DNA of 64,000 nt from Eledone cirrhosa (lineage: Eukaryota): NCBI GenBank assembly GCA_964016885.1, contig OZ024743.1:221154001-221218000 (forward strand), read 5' to 3'. Positions 14,837-27,545 of this stretch are shown in pieces (the first letter of the stretch is position 1; the number at the start of each line of letters is the position of its first letter). Under the pieces are notes generated by a model, which ran no database searches, was not told the DNA's origin, and saw only the letters and a program-made list of their open reading frames with translations. Position numbers and translations under genes: made by a program.

Positions 14837-15081
14837 ATGTTTTCTTTATTAACCACAAGGGTTTACATAAAGTAGACATTAAGGACAGTACAGGACATTA
14901 CAGGACGGTACAAATGGGCATTTCTGCGTGTAAAAAAACAGAGGTTGAAATAAAATAACAAAGAAAAATTCCCCAATAGGGGGGAGACTTCCGAGGGACA
15001 TTTGTGGAGAAAGCCCATTAAAAGACCACAGTGGCCCTGACCACCAGGGCAAGTGCCCTCTCCCAGTTTTCCACCTTTAAT

Positions 15082-18000
15082 TTATAGACACATACTCAGA
15101 GAAGGCCCATTCATTCGGGCCATACTTGCTTCTCTCACATATCTTTCAACAAAATGCTGGGAAGAGAGCACTTCCCTCTCTACCCTGATTTTCCTTTTCA
15201 AATAAAATTTGAAAAAGTTAATCAGGGCATCACCGAAGAGGTAAGTGCTCGTCTTCAGCCCTTTCAAACGTGTCCACCATACTATCTCTTTCGCCATGGC
15301 CACCAGACAGATAAAAACTGCCTGCCCTTCCCGGCTAAAGGAAGGGGGCGGGGCAATCCTCACGATGGACTCAGCTGATAGCTGGATCCGTCCTACACGT
15401 GACAGCAGGTGTTCGACATAAACCCACAAGTCAGCAATGCTCGGACACTGGACGAGTGCGTGCAGGACGGTTTCGTCGCCCTGCGCGCATCTCGGACATG
15501 CCCGGCTGACGGCACCTCCATGCCTGTAGAGTTTATCCCGAACTGGCAAAGCTCCTCGGTAGCACTGCCAGGCCAGGGATTTCTGGAAGTTGTCCATAGG
15601 CCCCGGCCCGAAAGTCCTTCCGAAGAGATTGGCTAGTTGATTTTCGTCGACGCCTAGAGTTTCCCCAAGTACGTCGTCGCTCTTCCCCTCCACTAATCCT
15701 CTATAGAACGCCGAGGTGGAGTTTCCACCGATCACATTGCCCGATTGGTCGAGGGCTGTGAGCGCCTGAAGACATTCCAGTCTCCAGGCGCTCCCTCTCG
15801 GTCTTCGCTTGACCCAGGACTGCAGCTCCGTCAAGGAAATGAGCTGGGGAAAAACGCGTCTAGCAAACGGCGACCACACCTGATCACCGTCGAGGAAGAG
15901 GTGGAGATGTCGTAGCCTGAGCGCGTGCCTGCGCATCATCAGCCACGGCATGCCCAGCCCTCCACGTAGCGGGTGTTGACAACAGATGGACCGCCTGACC
16001 ATCGGAGCACGTCCCTTCCACAAAAAGCGAAAGAGCAAACGCTCCAGCGCAGTCAGACGAGGCTTCGGACAAGGTACGACGGTTAGGCGGTAGCAGATGA
16101 CAGACGCGATGTACGCGTTAGCCACCTCCGCTCGACCTTTCAGGGATAGCTTCCTCTCCGCCCATTTCTGGGTGAGAGAAGCCACCCTGCTCGTCACCTC
16201 GTCCCAGTTTTTGTCCGTCTGGAGGTCCGGACCGAACCAGACCCCTAGCAATTTAACCGGTCCGTCCGTCCAGCGCCCGACGACGCTGTTCGACGGCATG
16301 GACCTGCCTCTCCAGGTGCCGAGCTGCAGGCCCACTGACTTTTCCTGGTTGATCATTGCTCCTGTCACCGCTTCGTATTCTCTTAGTGTAGTGCCGATCG
16401 CCTCGATGTGTTTGGCGTTCGACACCACTACGGTGACATCGTCCGCATATGCTGACACGGATCTTCCGCATCCTAGTTCGCGCGGGACTCCCCTCAACGT
16501 CTCCAGTTTGTGCAGTAATGGCTCGAGAGTCAATACGTACAAGAGGGACGAGAGGGGACATCCTTGGCGGACCGAGCGCATGATGTTGAACGGTTCCGAC
16601 AGGTGACCGTTCACTCTCACTACAGAGCAGATGTCGCTGTGCATGGCAGCGATCCAGCCTCTGAAGACGGGCCCAAAGCCAGCCGCCCTCAGGACTGCCG
16701 CTAGGTAACGATGGTCGACCCTATCGAAAGCTTTCGACTGATCTAAATTGATCAAGGACCCACCCGTGCCAGGTTCCCTAGCTACCCTCTCTACGATGTA
16801 TCGCATGAGGTGGAGGTTGTCGTGGATGGATCTGTCGGGAATGGCGCATGTCTGCGCCTCTCCCACCAGACCACCAACGACAAGCGCCAACCTCTTTGCT
16901 AGCACCTTGGCCAAAATCTTAAACTCTGTGTTTAGCAGAGTTATGGGCCGGAAATTGTCTATGTTATCCCCCTTGTTCGGATCCTTTCTCAGCAGTGCCA
17001 CCGCTCCTCGGCTCACAGAACTGGGAATTCTCCCGTTCTGTTGCCAGTTGCAGTAGACGTCCGCCAAGAGGCCTCCGAACAAGTCTGGCATCTGTACGTA
17101 AAGTTCATAGGGCAGACCATCCAAACCAGGCGATTTACCCCTTGTGCAGCCAGTCATTGCCTCCCGTACTTCAGCGGCTGTTATCGGCTTTTCGCAACAC
17201 TTCGCCTCAGTGGCCGAGAGCCGCGGCAGTCCGTCGAGGTAGACACTAAAGTCCATCCCTCTACCCGGCCCCCCGCTGCCCCCGAACAGCTGAGCGAAGT
17301 GTCGCTGAAAAGCTTCACACATTTGCCCGGGATCGAGTAGCATGCGCCCGTCGTGATCCACCAAAGACCGGATCGTGGCTTTGTTGCCACGACGCGCCTC
17401 CGCCACTCGGGCCCATTGAACGGCTTTCGTCCCCTCGTGTCTGAGAGCACGCACCCTAGCTCTGACAACGCAGCCTTCGTGCTTTGCATTGAAGAATTGG
17501 TCAAGGGCCAATTTCGCCGCAAGCACGTCGGTCGCAATGCCTTTGCTAAGCGCCTCGTCTAATTTTCTAACTAGTTCTCCCTCTGCTCTATTTTTCTCTA
17601 TTGCTAAAGCCTTACTAAACCTAATCGATTCTATTCTAATCGCTCTTTTCAGAGCAAACCACCACTTGTTGTTGACGATGGCCCCCGTCAACGCCCGCTT
17701 AACTAGTTCGCTAATCCGGTCTCTGTAGGCCTTGCGCGCTGGTAAGGACGCGTTTAGCTTCCAGTAGCCGGGTCCTCGTCTATGAAGCCTATCTAAGTCA
17801 AGCACACAGGTCACGAATTTGTGGTCCGTGTAGCTGACTATCTTGAATTGTGGACAGCCTATGCTAGACCTATCTATTTCCCTACAAAATACTCTATCTA
17901 GATATGATCTGGATGACCCTATGCGGTTTGTCCAAGTCCACATTGGCACATTCGGGAAATCCAATCGGTACCTGTCAGACAGTTCAAAACGCCTGAGCAG

Positions 18001-18501
18001 GTTGGTGAGGCTCTTGCACCCTCCACCCCTATCCGCTAATCCCACACAGTCCCAGCGTGCATCTAAGATCCCGTTCCAGTCGCCCACTAACACTAAAGAG
18101 CAGGACGTTCCAAGAAAGGTCTCCAGACGCCGGAAGAAATCAGGCCGCCCTGCTCCTGTCGGGGCATAGACGGCCACTAGCCTGAAAGCTTGCCCGTCTC
18201 CGCTGGTCACATCCAGCACCACCAGCTTACCCTCTGGGTCCAGGAAGATGGCCCGTATGGCGAGATCCAAACCTCTCCGAAAAAGCACAGCAACTCCTCC
18301 ACCCGATCCAAGACGGCTGGGAGATGCGTACACATCGTAGCCGCCGAAGATCGGTGCGAAGGCCCGTGCTTCGGAGATTCTGGTCTCGCTGATGGCCACT
18401 ACATCTATGTTTAGTGACCTGAGGTCGTTGAGCAGGTGACCCTGCTTCCATGACGACCCCAAGCCACGCGCATTTATGCTGCCTATTCTGAGTGAGGTCA
18501 T
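15082..18501 (-). CDS. LINE ORF2: APE endonuclease, reverse transcriptase and C-terminal zinc finger (1139 aa)
   Basis: APE motifs SINARGL, ISET, GDWN, YLDR and TDH. RT motifs KSPGLDG, NFRPITLLN, DQSKAFDRV, QGCPLS and AYADD. Zinc finger CPRCAQGDETVLHALVQC. Confidence 0.96.
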   Translation of the reverse strand: MTSLRIGSINARGLGSSWKQGHLLNDLRSLNIDVVAISETRISEARAFAPIFGGYDVYASPSRLGSGGGVAVLFRRGLDLAIRAIFLDPEGKLVVLDVTSGDGQAFRLVAVYAPTGAGRPDFFRRLETFLGTSCSLVLVGDWNGILDARWDCVGLADRGGGCKSLTNLLRRFELSDRYRLDFPNVPMWTWTNRIGSSRSYLDRVFCREIDRSSIGCPQFKIVSYTDHKFVTCVLDLDRLHRRGPGYWKLNASLPARKAYRDRISELVKRALTGAIVNNKWWFALKRAIRIESIRFSKALAIEKNRAEGELVRKLDEALSKGIATDVLAAKLALDQFFNAKHEGCVVRARVRALRHEGTKAVQWARVAEARRGNKATIRSLVDHDGRMLLDPGQMCEAFQRHFAQLFGGSGGPGRGMDFSVYLDGLPRLSATEAKCCEKPITAAEVREAMTGCTRGKSPGLDGLPYELYVQMPDLFGGLLADVYCNWQQNGRIPSSVSRGAVALLRKDPNKGDNIDNFRPITLLNTEFKILAKVLAKRLALVVGGLVGEAQTCAIPDRSIHDNLHLMRYIVERVAREPGTGGSLINLDQSKAFDRVDHRYLAAVLRAAGFGPVFRGWIAAMHSDICSVVRVNGHLSEPFNIMRSVRQGCPLSSLLYVLTLEPLLHKLETLRGVPRELGCGRSVSAYADDVTVVVSNAKHIEAIGTTLREYEAVTGAMINQEKSVGLQLGTWRGRSMPSNSVVGRWTDGPVKLLGVWFGPDLQTDKNWDEVTSRVASLTQKWAERKLSLKGRAEVANAYIASVICYRLTVVPCPKPRLTALERLLFRFLWKGRAPMVRRSICCQHPLRGGLGMPWLMMRRHALRLRHLHLFLDGDQVWSPFARRVFPQLISLTELQSWVKRRPRGSAWRLECLQALTALDQSGNVIGGNSTSAFYRGLVEGKSDDVLGETLGVDENQLANLFGRTFGPGPMDNFQKSLAWQCYRGALPVRDKLYRHGGAVSRACPRCAQGDETVLHALVQCPSIADLWVYVEHLLSRVGRIQLSAESIVRIAPPPSFSREGQAVFICLVAMAKEIVWWTRLKGLKTSTYLFGDALINFFKFYLKRKIRVEREVLSSQHFVERYVREASMARMNGPSLSMCL

Positions 18502-18536
18502 GTTTAAAATAGAGTGGAAAAGATGGGAAAGACCAC

Positions 18537-20633
18537 TTACCGTACTTTTGGTAGAGGAGGGATGTTTTTTACATCCCTTTTCACTTGATCGTCTGGTGAA
18601 GGGACCGTTGAATCGTCCCTTCGGCTGGTCGTCGGCTCTTCTAAGAGAATGTCTGAATATACTCTTCGATTAATGGTTCCTCCTAGGTCCCTGAAATCAC
18701 CAACTGCGTTGGGGAATTTCGTTTTAATGTTTGTGTATTGTTTCTGTGCTATTTTTAGCAGTCTTATGTTAGTTGGCGTTTTGATTGGTGCTGGTATTAT
18801 GTAGTCCTGTTGTGAAATGTCTGTGTGTTCAATTATGTAAGTCATTAGTTTCTTGTTGTGTGTGTTTATTGCCGTGCATTTGTTTTTCTGGGGGTGGGGT
18901 GTGGTTCTGCTATTTTCTTGTCGTTGTTGCTGGGTGTGTGTGTTTTGTTGTTGTGTTTGCGATGTTGGTGCTTGTGGTGGTGGTGTTGAAGGTGTTGTTG
19001 GCGGTGGGGTTGTCGCCGGTGGTGATGGTGGTGCTGGTGTGGGTGGTGATGGTGTTGGTGGTGTTGCTGCTGTGGGTCTCTTTGCAGTAGACTTTACCCT
19101 TTTCTCATTTCTTTCCTCCCTTTTCAAAGGCGACGATGCGCTGCTTCTGCGTTTGTGCCTTCTTGCGACCTTTTGCCATCCCTCTCCCACCTCACACTCC
19201 ATGTCTGATTCTGTAAGGTCGGGGAGGGGTACCAGCTCCACCCTTTCACTTGTTGTTGTTGGTGATGTTTGCACTGGAGTCTCTGTTGCAGCTGCATTTG
19301 GTATTGCTGTTGTTGTTGTTAATATTTCCACTGCTGCTGCTGTCTTTGATTTCCGTGGAGTGGGTATGGGTGCCACGGACCTATCGTTCCTGGTTGCCGC
19401 TTGTCCTGTTGCTGGTAGCCGTGGAGCCGGATTCGGAAGGAGGGGGGTTTTCTCCTTTCTCAGGGTCTTCTCGTTGCAGAAGGCCCTGAGGTGAGTCTTC
19501 GATCCACAGCGAAAGCATTTCGGGCGTTTGCCCTCAACACTTATGGGCAGTTGAGTGCCGTTATCGAAGTCTATCACATCCGGGATAGCTTCGATGCACT
19601 CCTGGTTGGTTTGGATTAGCATCTCAATGGAGGAGCCGACCCAATCTTCTCTTACTTTTTTCTGTACTTGCAGTACAGTTGTTTTGTCCTCGATTCCGAC
19701 GAGGACAGACGCGGCCAGCCAAGAAGGGGTCATTCCGGGGGGGACGTGGGTCAGTTTGACCCTCACAATTTTTTGCCCGCAGTAGGAGGGCACCAACACC
19801 ATTTCCTCGCTCCTTAGGGTCACTACTGATTGGGCCTTTGCCTCCTGGGGTGTGGCAAAAAGTACGTCTACGGTGGCGTATTTTTTGCCTCGGGTGATGT
19901 GCGTTTTCCTCTGCCACACAGACCCCAAGGCTTTTTGTATTTGGGCCTCTGTGGCTCTTTCCACCCTACGGGATTTTGTACTTACTGTACGGTACGTGAC
20001 CGTACAGTGCTCTTGGGTTTCGAAAAAATTTTTCGCTGCCTTGCAGATTGCTCGGTGTCCGTTCTTTGTCACCATCTTCTTCGCTTCCTCTAATTCCTCA
20101 TTTGTTATGAGGATTGTTTCCAAGTTTTTCGCAATACCTGCAAATGAGATTGGTTTTTCTCTGCTGTTGTTGTTGTCGTTAGAGCTGCTGGTACTTTTGT
20201 TGTTGCTGCAGGTACTACGACTACTGCCTCCGCCGCTGTTGCTGTGGTTGTTGTTGGTGTTGCTGCTGCTAATGCTGTTGTTGTTTATGCTGCTGGTGAT
20301 GCTGTTGCGGCTGCTACTGTTGTTTTCATTGTCACTGTTGCTGTTGTTATTACGGCTGCTACTGCTATTATTCCTGACGTCAGACGAATGAACTGGGTTT
20401 TCGTATTTCCCGCACACCTGTTTCGTCGCTGTCGTCGTCGTCGTGGAGAAACCTTGCACGCTTTGCACGAGACTTTTCTTTTCTTTCGTCACTTGCGAAA
20501 GAGAAGGGAGGGAGAGAGACACATTTAAAGAAGGGAGGGAGAGAGACAATCTTCTCTCTGCTGTAGTGATGATTGAGGAAGAAGAAGACGGAATGAGTGG
20601 GAGTGACGTATGAAATTTCTTTTTCGTAGCCAT
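18537..20633 (-). CDS. LINE ORF1, gag-like nucleic-acid-binding protein with a CCHC knuckle
   Basis: First ATG at 20633 (MATKKK). Has an N/S-rich tract, CFRCGSKTHLRAFC and a P/T-rich tail. Ends 35 nt before ORF2. Confidence 0.9.
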   Translation of the reverse strand: MATKKKFHTSLPLIPSSSSSIITTAERRLSLSLPSLNVSLSLPSLSQVTKEKKSLVQSVQGFSTTTTTATKQVCGKYENPVHSSDVRNNSSSSRNNNSNSDNENNSSSRNSITSSINNNSISSSNTNNNHSNSGGGSSRSTCSNNKSTSSSNDNNNSREKPISFAGIAKNLETILITNEELEEAKKMVTKNGHRAICKAAKNFFETQEHCTVTYRTVSTKSRRVERATEAQIQKALGSVWQRKTHITRGKKYATVDVLFATPQEAKAQSVVTLRSEEMVLVPSYCGQKIVRVKLTHVPPGMTPSWLAASVLVGIEDKTTVLQVQKKVREDWVGSSIEMLIQTNQECIEAIPDVIDFDNGTQLPISVEGKRPKCFRCGSKTHLRAFCNEKTLRKEKTPLLPNPAPRLPATGQAATRNDRSVAPIPTPRKSKTAAAVEILTTTTAIPNAAATETPVQTSPTTTSERVELVPLPDLTESDMECEVGEGWQKVARRHKRRSSASSPLKREERNEKRVKSTAKRPTAATPPTPSPPTPAPPSPPATTPPPTTPSTPPPQAPTSQTQQQNTHTQQQRQENSRTTPHPQKNKCTAINTHNKKLMTYIIEHTDISQQDYIIPAPIKTPTNIRLLKIAQKQYTNIKTKFPNAVGDFRDLGGTINRRVYSDILLEEPTTSRRDDSTVPSPDDQVKRDVKNIPPLPKVR

Positions 20634-21022
20634 GTTGTTTTTTTGTTTAAAATGAAATTTTGGGTACAAAACCCCAATAACTGGTTATTTAACCCCGAAG
20701 GGCCAAATAACGGACAGAAAGACCCCTCTCACGAGGAGGAGGGTGTCTTTATCAACAATTTGGTTCAAGTTTTAAACAATTTACAATTGTTTTAACGGTT
20801 AAAAATTACTATACCTTACAGAGCCGAGCCTCCGTCAACCATGGCATTCAATAATAATAATAATAATAATAACAAGTATGGACGAGGTGTACGAATATCA
20901 TTACATTTATTCAAGTGTTTCGCGATTTCAAGGTCACGGTTCGATCTCTATCGATCGGGCCTGGCTTTTGCATCAAAACCTCATCAGAAATACACACACG
21001 TACACACACACACACACACACA

Positions 21023-22263
<1,241 letters not shown>

Positions 22264-22330
22264 TATGAATTAGAACCCTGTAACCATTAAGCTCTAAGTA
22301 TAAAGTACAAATAAATACTGAGCCGATTAA

Positions 22331-22503
22331 CAATATATAGTAAGAAACACAGTAAACCGTGTGTCTAAAATTACAAGGGTAATATATTTTTATTTTCATT
22401 TTGTCATTCTGTCTGTTTCTTGGTTAAATATTTCAAGCATATGTGGTTTTTCAACCCTTGTAATTTTAGACAAACGGTTTACTGTGTTTCTTACTATATA
22501 TTG
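22331..22503. repeat. 50 bp inverted repeat with a ~73 bp spacer
   Basis: CAATATATAGTAAGAAACACAGTAAACCGTGTGTCTAAAATTACAAGGGT (22331-22380) versus its reverse complement at 22454-22503, one mismatch. Confidence 0.9.
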
Positions 22504-22778
22504 TATATATATATATATATGTGTGTGTGTAAGAGTTTAGATGAAGTGATAATGCAAACACATAAAGGCAAAAAACATTTTAAAGCTCAATGAAATTATA
22601 AAAGAAATGGAATATTCCAGTTACTTTAACCAAACGATCGCCGATCAATTAAATGTTATAATTTATATCTGTTAGCCCTTAAAGGTGTCCCCACAAAAAT
22701 ATATACACACTTTGATTACCTGTTCAGTGAAATTTATTAGAATGCCGTTGAAGTGTGTATACATACATTTGTGAATCC

Positions 22779-22839
<61 letters not shown>

Positions 22840-23242
22840 TATATACAGGTTTCACAAAGTATGTATACATACATGTATTTACGCACTCAGTCACATATAT
22901 ATATATATATAAATGCTTGTGCGTGCATGTGTGTAGGTGTGTGCGTGTGTTTGATGGATCTCTGTCTGCCGTGACGACGTTTGTTCCAACCCACAATCAG
23001 ACTAACAGCCACTCGACATTTGACATATCGATCTGTTCTTTTCAGACATTGTGAATGAGAAATGTTAATAATTCTGTGATGTAAGTTGTTATTACACCTG
23101 CCATTAGTCTCCTGTTTAGAAACTTTAGAGGCTTGATGTAACAGGAAATCCCCATTAAGGAATACATATTAAAAACTCAAACACTCATACTTACACATAC
23201 ACGCACATACACACGAGGCGAGTATTTGTGGGTCTAATATTT

Positions 23243-23283
<41 letters not shown>

Positions 23284-23507
23284 CAGAGAGAGAGAGAGAG
23301 ATAGAGAGGGGGCGGGGGGTAAGTGCCCGACAGCGGCGCCAAGCGGTTTCAGCTTGTGTGTCAGCAAACACAAAGCTGAACACAAAGGCTGACACAGCTT
23401 GGCGCCCCGGTCGAGATGCTACCCCTTACTATACCCACTCAGCATCTCCCCATACATTGAATACTCCCATGATTAGTGTTCTTCCTTCCCGCTCGCAGCA
23501 CCACAGA

Positions 23508-23543
<36 letters not shown>

Positions 23544-23566
23544 GTCTCTCTCTCTCCTTCTCTCGC

Positions 23567-23613
<47 letters not shown>

Positions 23614-24332
23614 ATATATATATATATATATGAGTTCAGACCTAGCTCTCGAAACGGCAGGAGCTCAGCCGTCGGGATCCTGACTATTTATATATATATA
23701 TATATACTAAGCTTCCACATGTATTATTTTCTCCTAGATTTAATAATTAACTGATTAATTTAATGAGACAATTCTGTTGATTGGTTAATTATTTTTTGTT
23801 TGTTTAATAACATCTGGTTGAGAGCTTTTATTCTGAATGTTAGCGAATATTATAATATTTCCTTTGTTAACACTTTGAATCTACCCGCCAAAAATCGGGG
23901 GTTGCTTCCTTTGTTGGAAATAACACGTGACAACTAAGTGTTCGATGGCTGTCTTCTAGCGACCGCATTTTAGCTCGTCCACTCCGATTTGGCAGAACGG
24001 AATCCCTGTTGATGAAATGAATCCTCTGTTCGATCATGGAATAGCACAAGCGTGCCTGTTACGTAAGTTGGATAACTAATTTCGAATTCATAGAAACACT
24101 TTAAACGTACATCGTTTGATTTGTCCAGGTGTATTTTTTTAACATGTTAGTTTTTTCGTTACTTTGGTATTGTATGGTTAGGTTTTGCCTACCACAATGT
24201 TCAATTTGTCAAGCTATTTAAACGTATGTTATTACTCTAAGGACCTACCCTTATTGAGTGCTTTGCTAACTCATTCATATTATAGGTCGACTTTGCTTGC
24301 CCACAGCCATAGCTTCGATTTTACTAAGCTTC

Positions 24333-24417
<85 letters not shown>

Positions 24418-24686
24418 ATATATGATCTCGGCATCCAACCCCGCATATAGGACTACTTGCCTGCCATCCACACCCAATCTAAAAACGTTTTATTTTTTCA
24501 AAGCTTCCAAACATTCAACATACTTTTTCTTTGAATTTTGCTCTTTGCTCATGAAAGACTAACGTCCAATATGTTGAAACATTTATTTATATTCCTTTTC
24601 CAACAAACGTGAAACTAATGACACATTATGATGTTGATTCTTTGTGTTCGTGTTGTTGTATATATGCATATATATATATGTATATA

Positions 24687-24732
<46 letters not shown>

Positions 24733-26714
24733 CGAAGGAAATGTGGTAAGGAACCAGGTGGACCATAGCGCACAAAAGTACTCAATACTTAGGGTAGTAG
24801 AGTGGGTAATAGGAACGAGTAGGACCCCGACGGCTGAGCTCAAGCCGTTTCGACGGCTAATTCTGGACTGAGTCCAGAATTAGCCGTCGAAACGGGGTCC
24901 TACTCGTTCCTATATATATATATATAAGTATTAAGTTGTTAAACAATATTCGATGATTATGTCAAAGAATGAGTTTTACAGTAGATTGGAAGCACTCAAC
25001 TGGTAATAATTTTCATTAAAATATATTAAAATATAAGTATTATTTGTTAACTTTGATCAACACCATCATTTATCTATAATTTAGTACAATACTTAATCCT
25101 TACATATCTATTGTATTTATTTAACTGTGAATTTTTAATACATTTGTAATCTAAAACGAGAAAAAAAGAACCAATAACAACTCGGTTAGCATGAATATAT
25201 AATCAACAGTAAAAGCATCAATGGCCTTTAATATTGCATTATTTTATGGATATCTATAGAAAAAACAACGTTTGAATGAATGACAATATTTCAATTAGCA
25301 TGCTTAAACATTGATACACACAACTTTATTTGTTAACTTTGATCAACACCATCATTTATCTATAATTTAGTACAATACCTAATCCTTACATATTTATTGA
25401 ATTTATTTAACTGTGAATTTTTAATATATTTGTAATCTCTTTTAAATTTTAGTTTTAATACCCAATCCAACATTTTTTACGAAACTTATCTATAACCCCA
25501 AATGTTTAACGACTTTTTGATCTGTTATTATGCATAATATAGTATATATTTCTTTTAAATATACTTACTGCACTATATATAATATCTAAATTTGAGACGA
25601 ATTCAAACTTATATATAAATGTGAATTTTTTCGCTGTACTTTCGATCTCTTATTTATTTATTTATAATATATATGTAGTTATATATTGTATTCTATATAT
25701 TTTTTTATATTTTTAAATATACGTACCATACTTCTATATACATGATTAAAATATAGAGAAAATATCCAAACTAAAAATTATTATAGACATTATTTTGAAC
25801 TTTATACATGCACTCATTGTTCGTTTTTCTTATATGTATATATATATATATTTAAATGTGACATGTTGTTAAGAGTATAACTGTTATCATTTTCCTAAAG
25901 TATACTACATTAATAATACCTAATATATATCTATATATATACATCCCTATATCTAATAATACGTTGATATCTTGGTTGAAGAATAATTATACATATGTAT
26001 AAATGTTATCTGTAACATATTATTTTATTTTATTTTTACCTTATATATACTGACTCATTAATATATACCTATATACATAATAGTTATTCAAATATTTATA
26101 ACAATAAGTACTTCAAAAGATTTACATACCTAATATGTTGAGATATTTGTTAAAGGTAATTAATCAACAGTATAATATTAGGTTAGGTAATATTTAGTTA
26201 GGTAATTAATCAACAGTATAATATTTCATTCTTTACGTGCTAGCTAAATCCTTTAAAATGTTATTTTCACAATTCAGAAGTTTAGAAATGATAACACACT
26301 TATGGAATTTATATAAATAATATATAATTAAATAGCAAATAATCCTGAAATCTGGAGTTTTCACATTAATATTATAAATTAAATATTTCCAAATTCTAAC
26401 CGTTTAACTTTCGCCCCCCCCCCCCCTTCCCACGCACTTTATCTATTCCTCCTTATAAATCTCTTTCCAGTGGCTATCACTGGCTGTTATGATTCATGAG
26501 ACGTTTCCCTAGATATTATTCTATCATACAATTTAAAATTTTAGAACACTTTAAGTATGCAACGTTTTTTCTTACTCACACATTCTCTAATGAATTCATT
26601 ACGTTTTCGCACTCTCACACAGATAGTATATAAGCAAAATTTTCTATCGGGTAATCATTACCTTGATTAAATCTTAACCATTTAACATCTCAGGGTATGT
26701 CATGTATCATTATC

Positions 26715-26765
26715 TTTTGTCTGATGAGGACGTACTGTTGTACATCCGAAATATGTATAATAAAA
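26715..26765 (+). ncRNA. type I hammerhead ribozyme (short helix III, PLE/retrozyme type)
   Basis: UUUUGU-CUGAUGA-GGACGUAC(UGUU)GUACAUCC-GAA-AUA(UG)UAU-A-AUAAAA. Helix I is 6 bp, the core is intact, helix II is 7 bp with one mismatch, helix III is 3 bp and the cleavage triplet is AUA. Confidence 0.8.
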
Positions 26766-26806
26766 TGTAATTGATCAAAAGAACATCTATTTTATTAATA
26801 CTTATA

Positions 26807-26845
<39 letters not shown>

Positions 26846-26955
26846 CGAAGGAAATGTGGTAAGGAACCAGATGGACCATAACGCATCAAAGTACTCAATA
26901 CTTAGGGTAGTAGAGTCGAAACGGCTTGAGCTCAGCCGTCGGGGTCCTACTCGTT

Positions 26956-27029
<74 letters not shown>

Positions 27030-27461
27030 ACCAATCAAATTACATTTATTTTAAAAAAGCCTTCGTGAGCCACCTTTTGTTAAGTAAAAAGAAATTCAAA
27101 CACAAACTGGCGCGAAAGCCCCCCCCCCCCCCCCACACACACACACACACTCTCTCTTCTTTGTTTGAAGGCAAATATAATAAGAACTTTGTAACGCGAA
27201 CTGGCGCGAAATTTATTATACTTATTCACCAACCAACCAAAGTACTTCTATAAAAACCTGACATTTCGAGCCACTTTTTTCCATATAAAACAGAAGCAAC
27301 CAGATGTGAGAAAAGACCAACCAGATGTGAGAAAAACCACAGACCCTCCATCTCAAATCTACTTTTGAAAAGCAGAAGAACTGCGAAACCGGTAAAGGAA
27401 CCAAATAAATATATATTTAAAAAAAAAAGACTCCAGTTGCATTTTCGATTTCATCTTTTTT

Positions 27462-27545
<84 letters not shown>

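Larger units (their letters stand above)
14838..20850 (-). mobile_element. full-length L1/Tx1-type LINE flanked by (AAT)n
   Basis: Intact ORF1 and ORF2, ~215 nt 5' UTR, 3' UTR with AATAAA, and (AAT)n on both sides. Confidence 0.95.

Noticed and set aside
15154-20528. Plus-strand ORFs overlapping the Tx1 element
   Set aside because: Antisense shadows of GC-rich ORF1 and ORF2.
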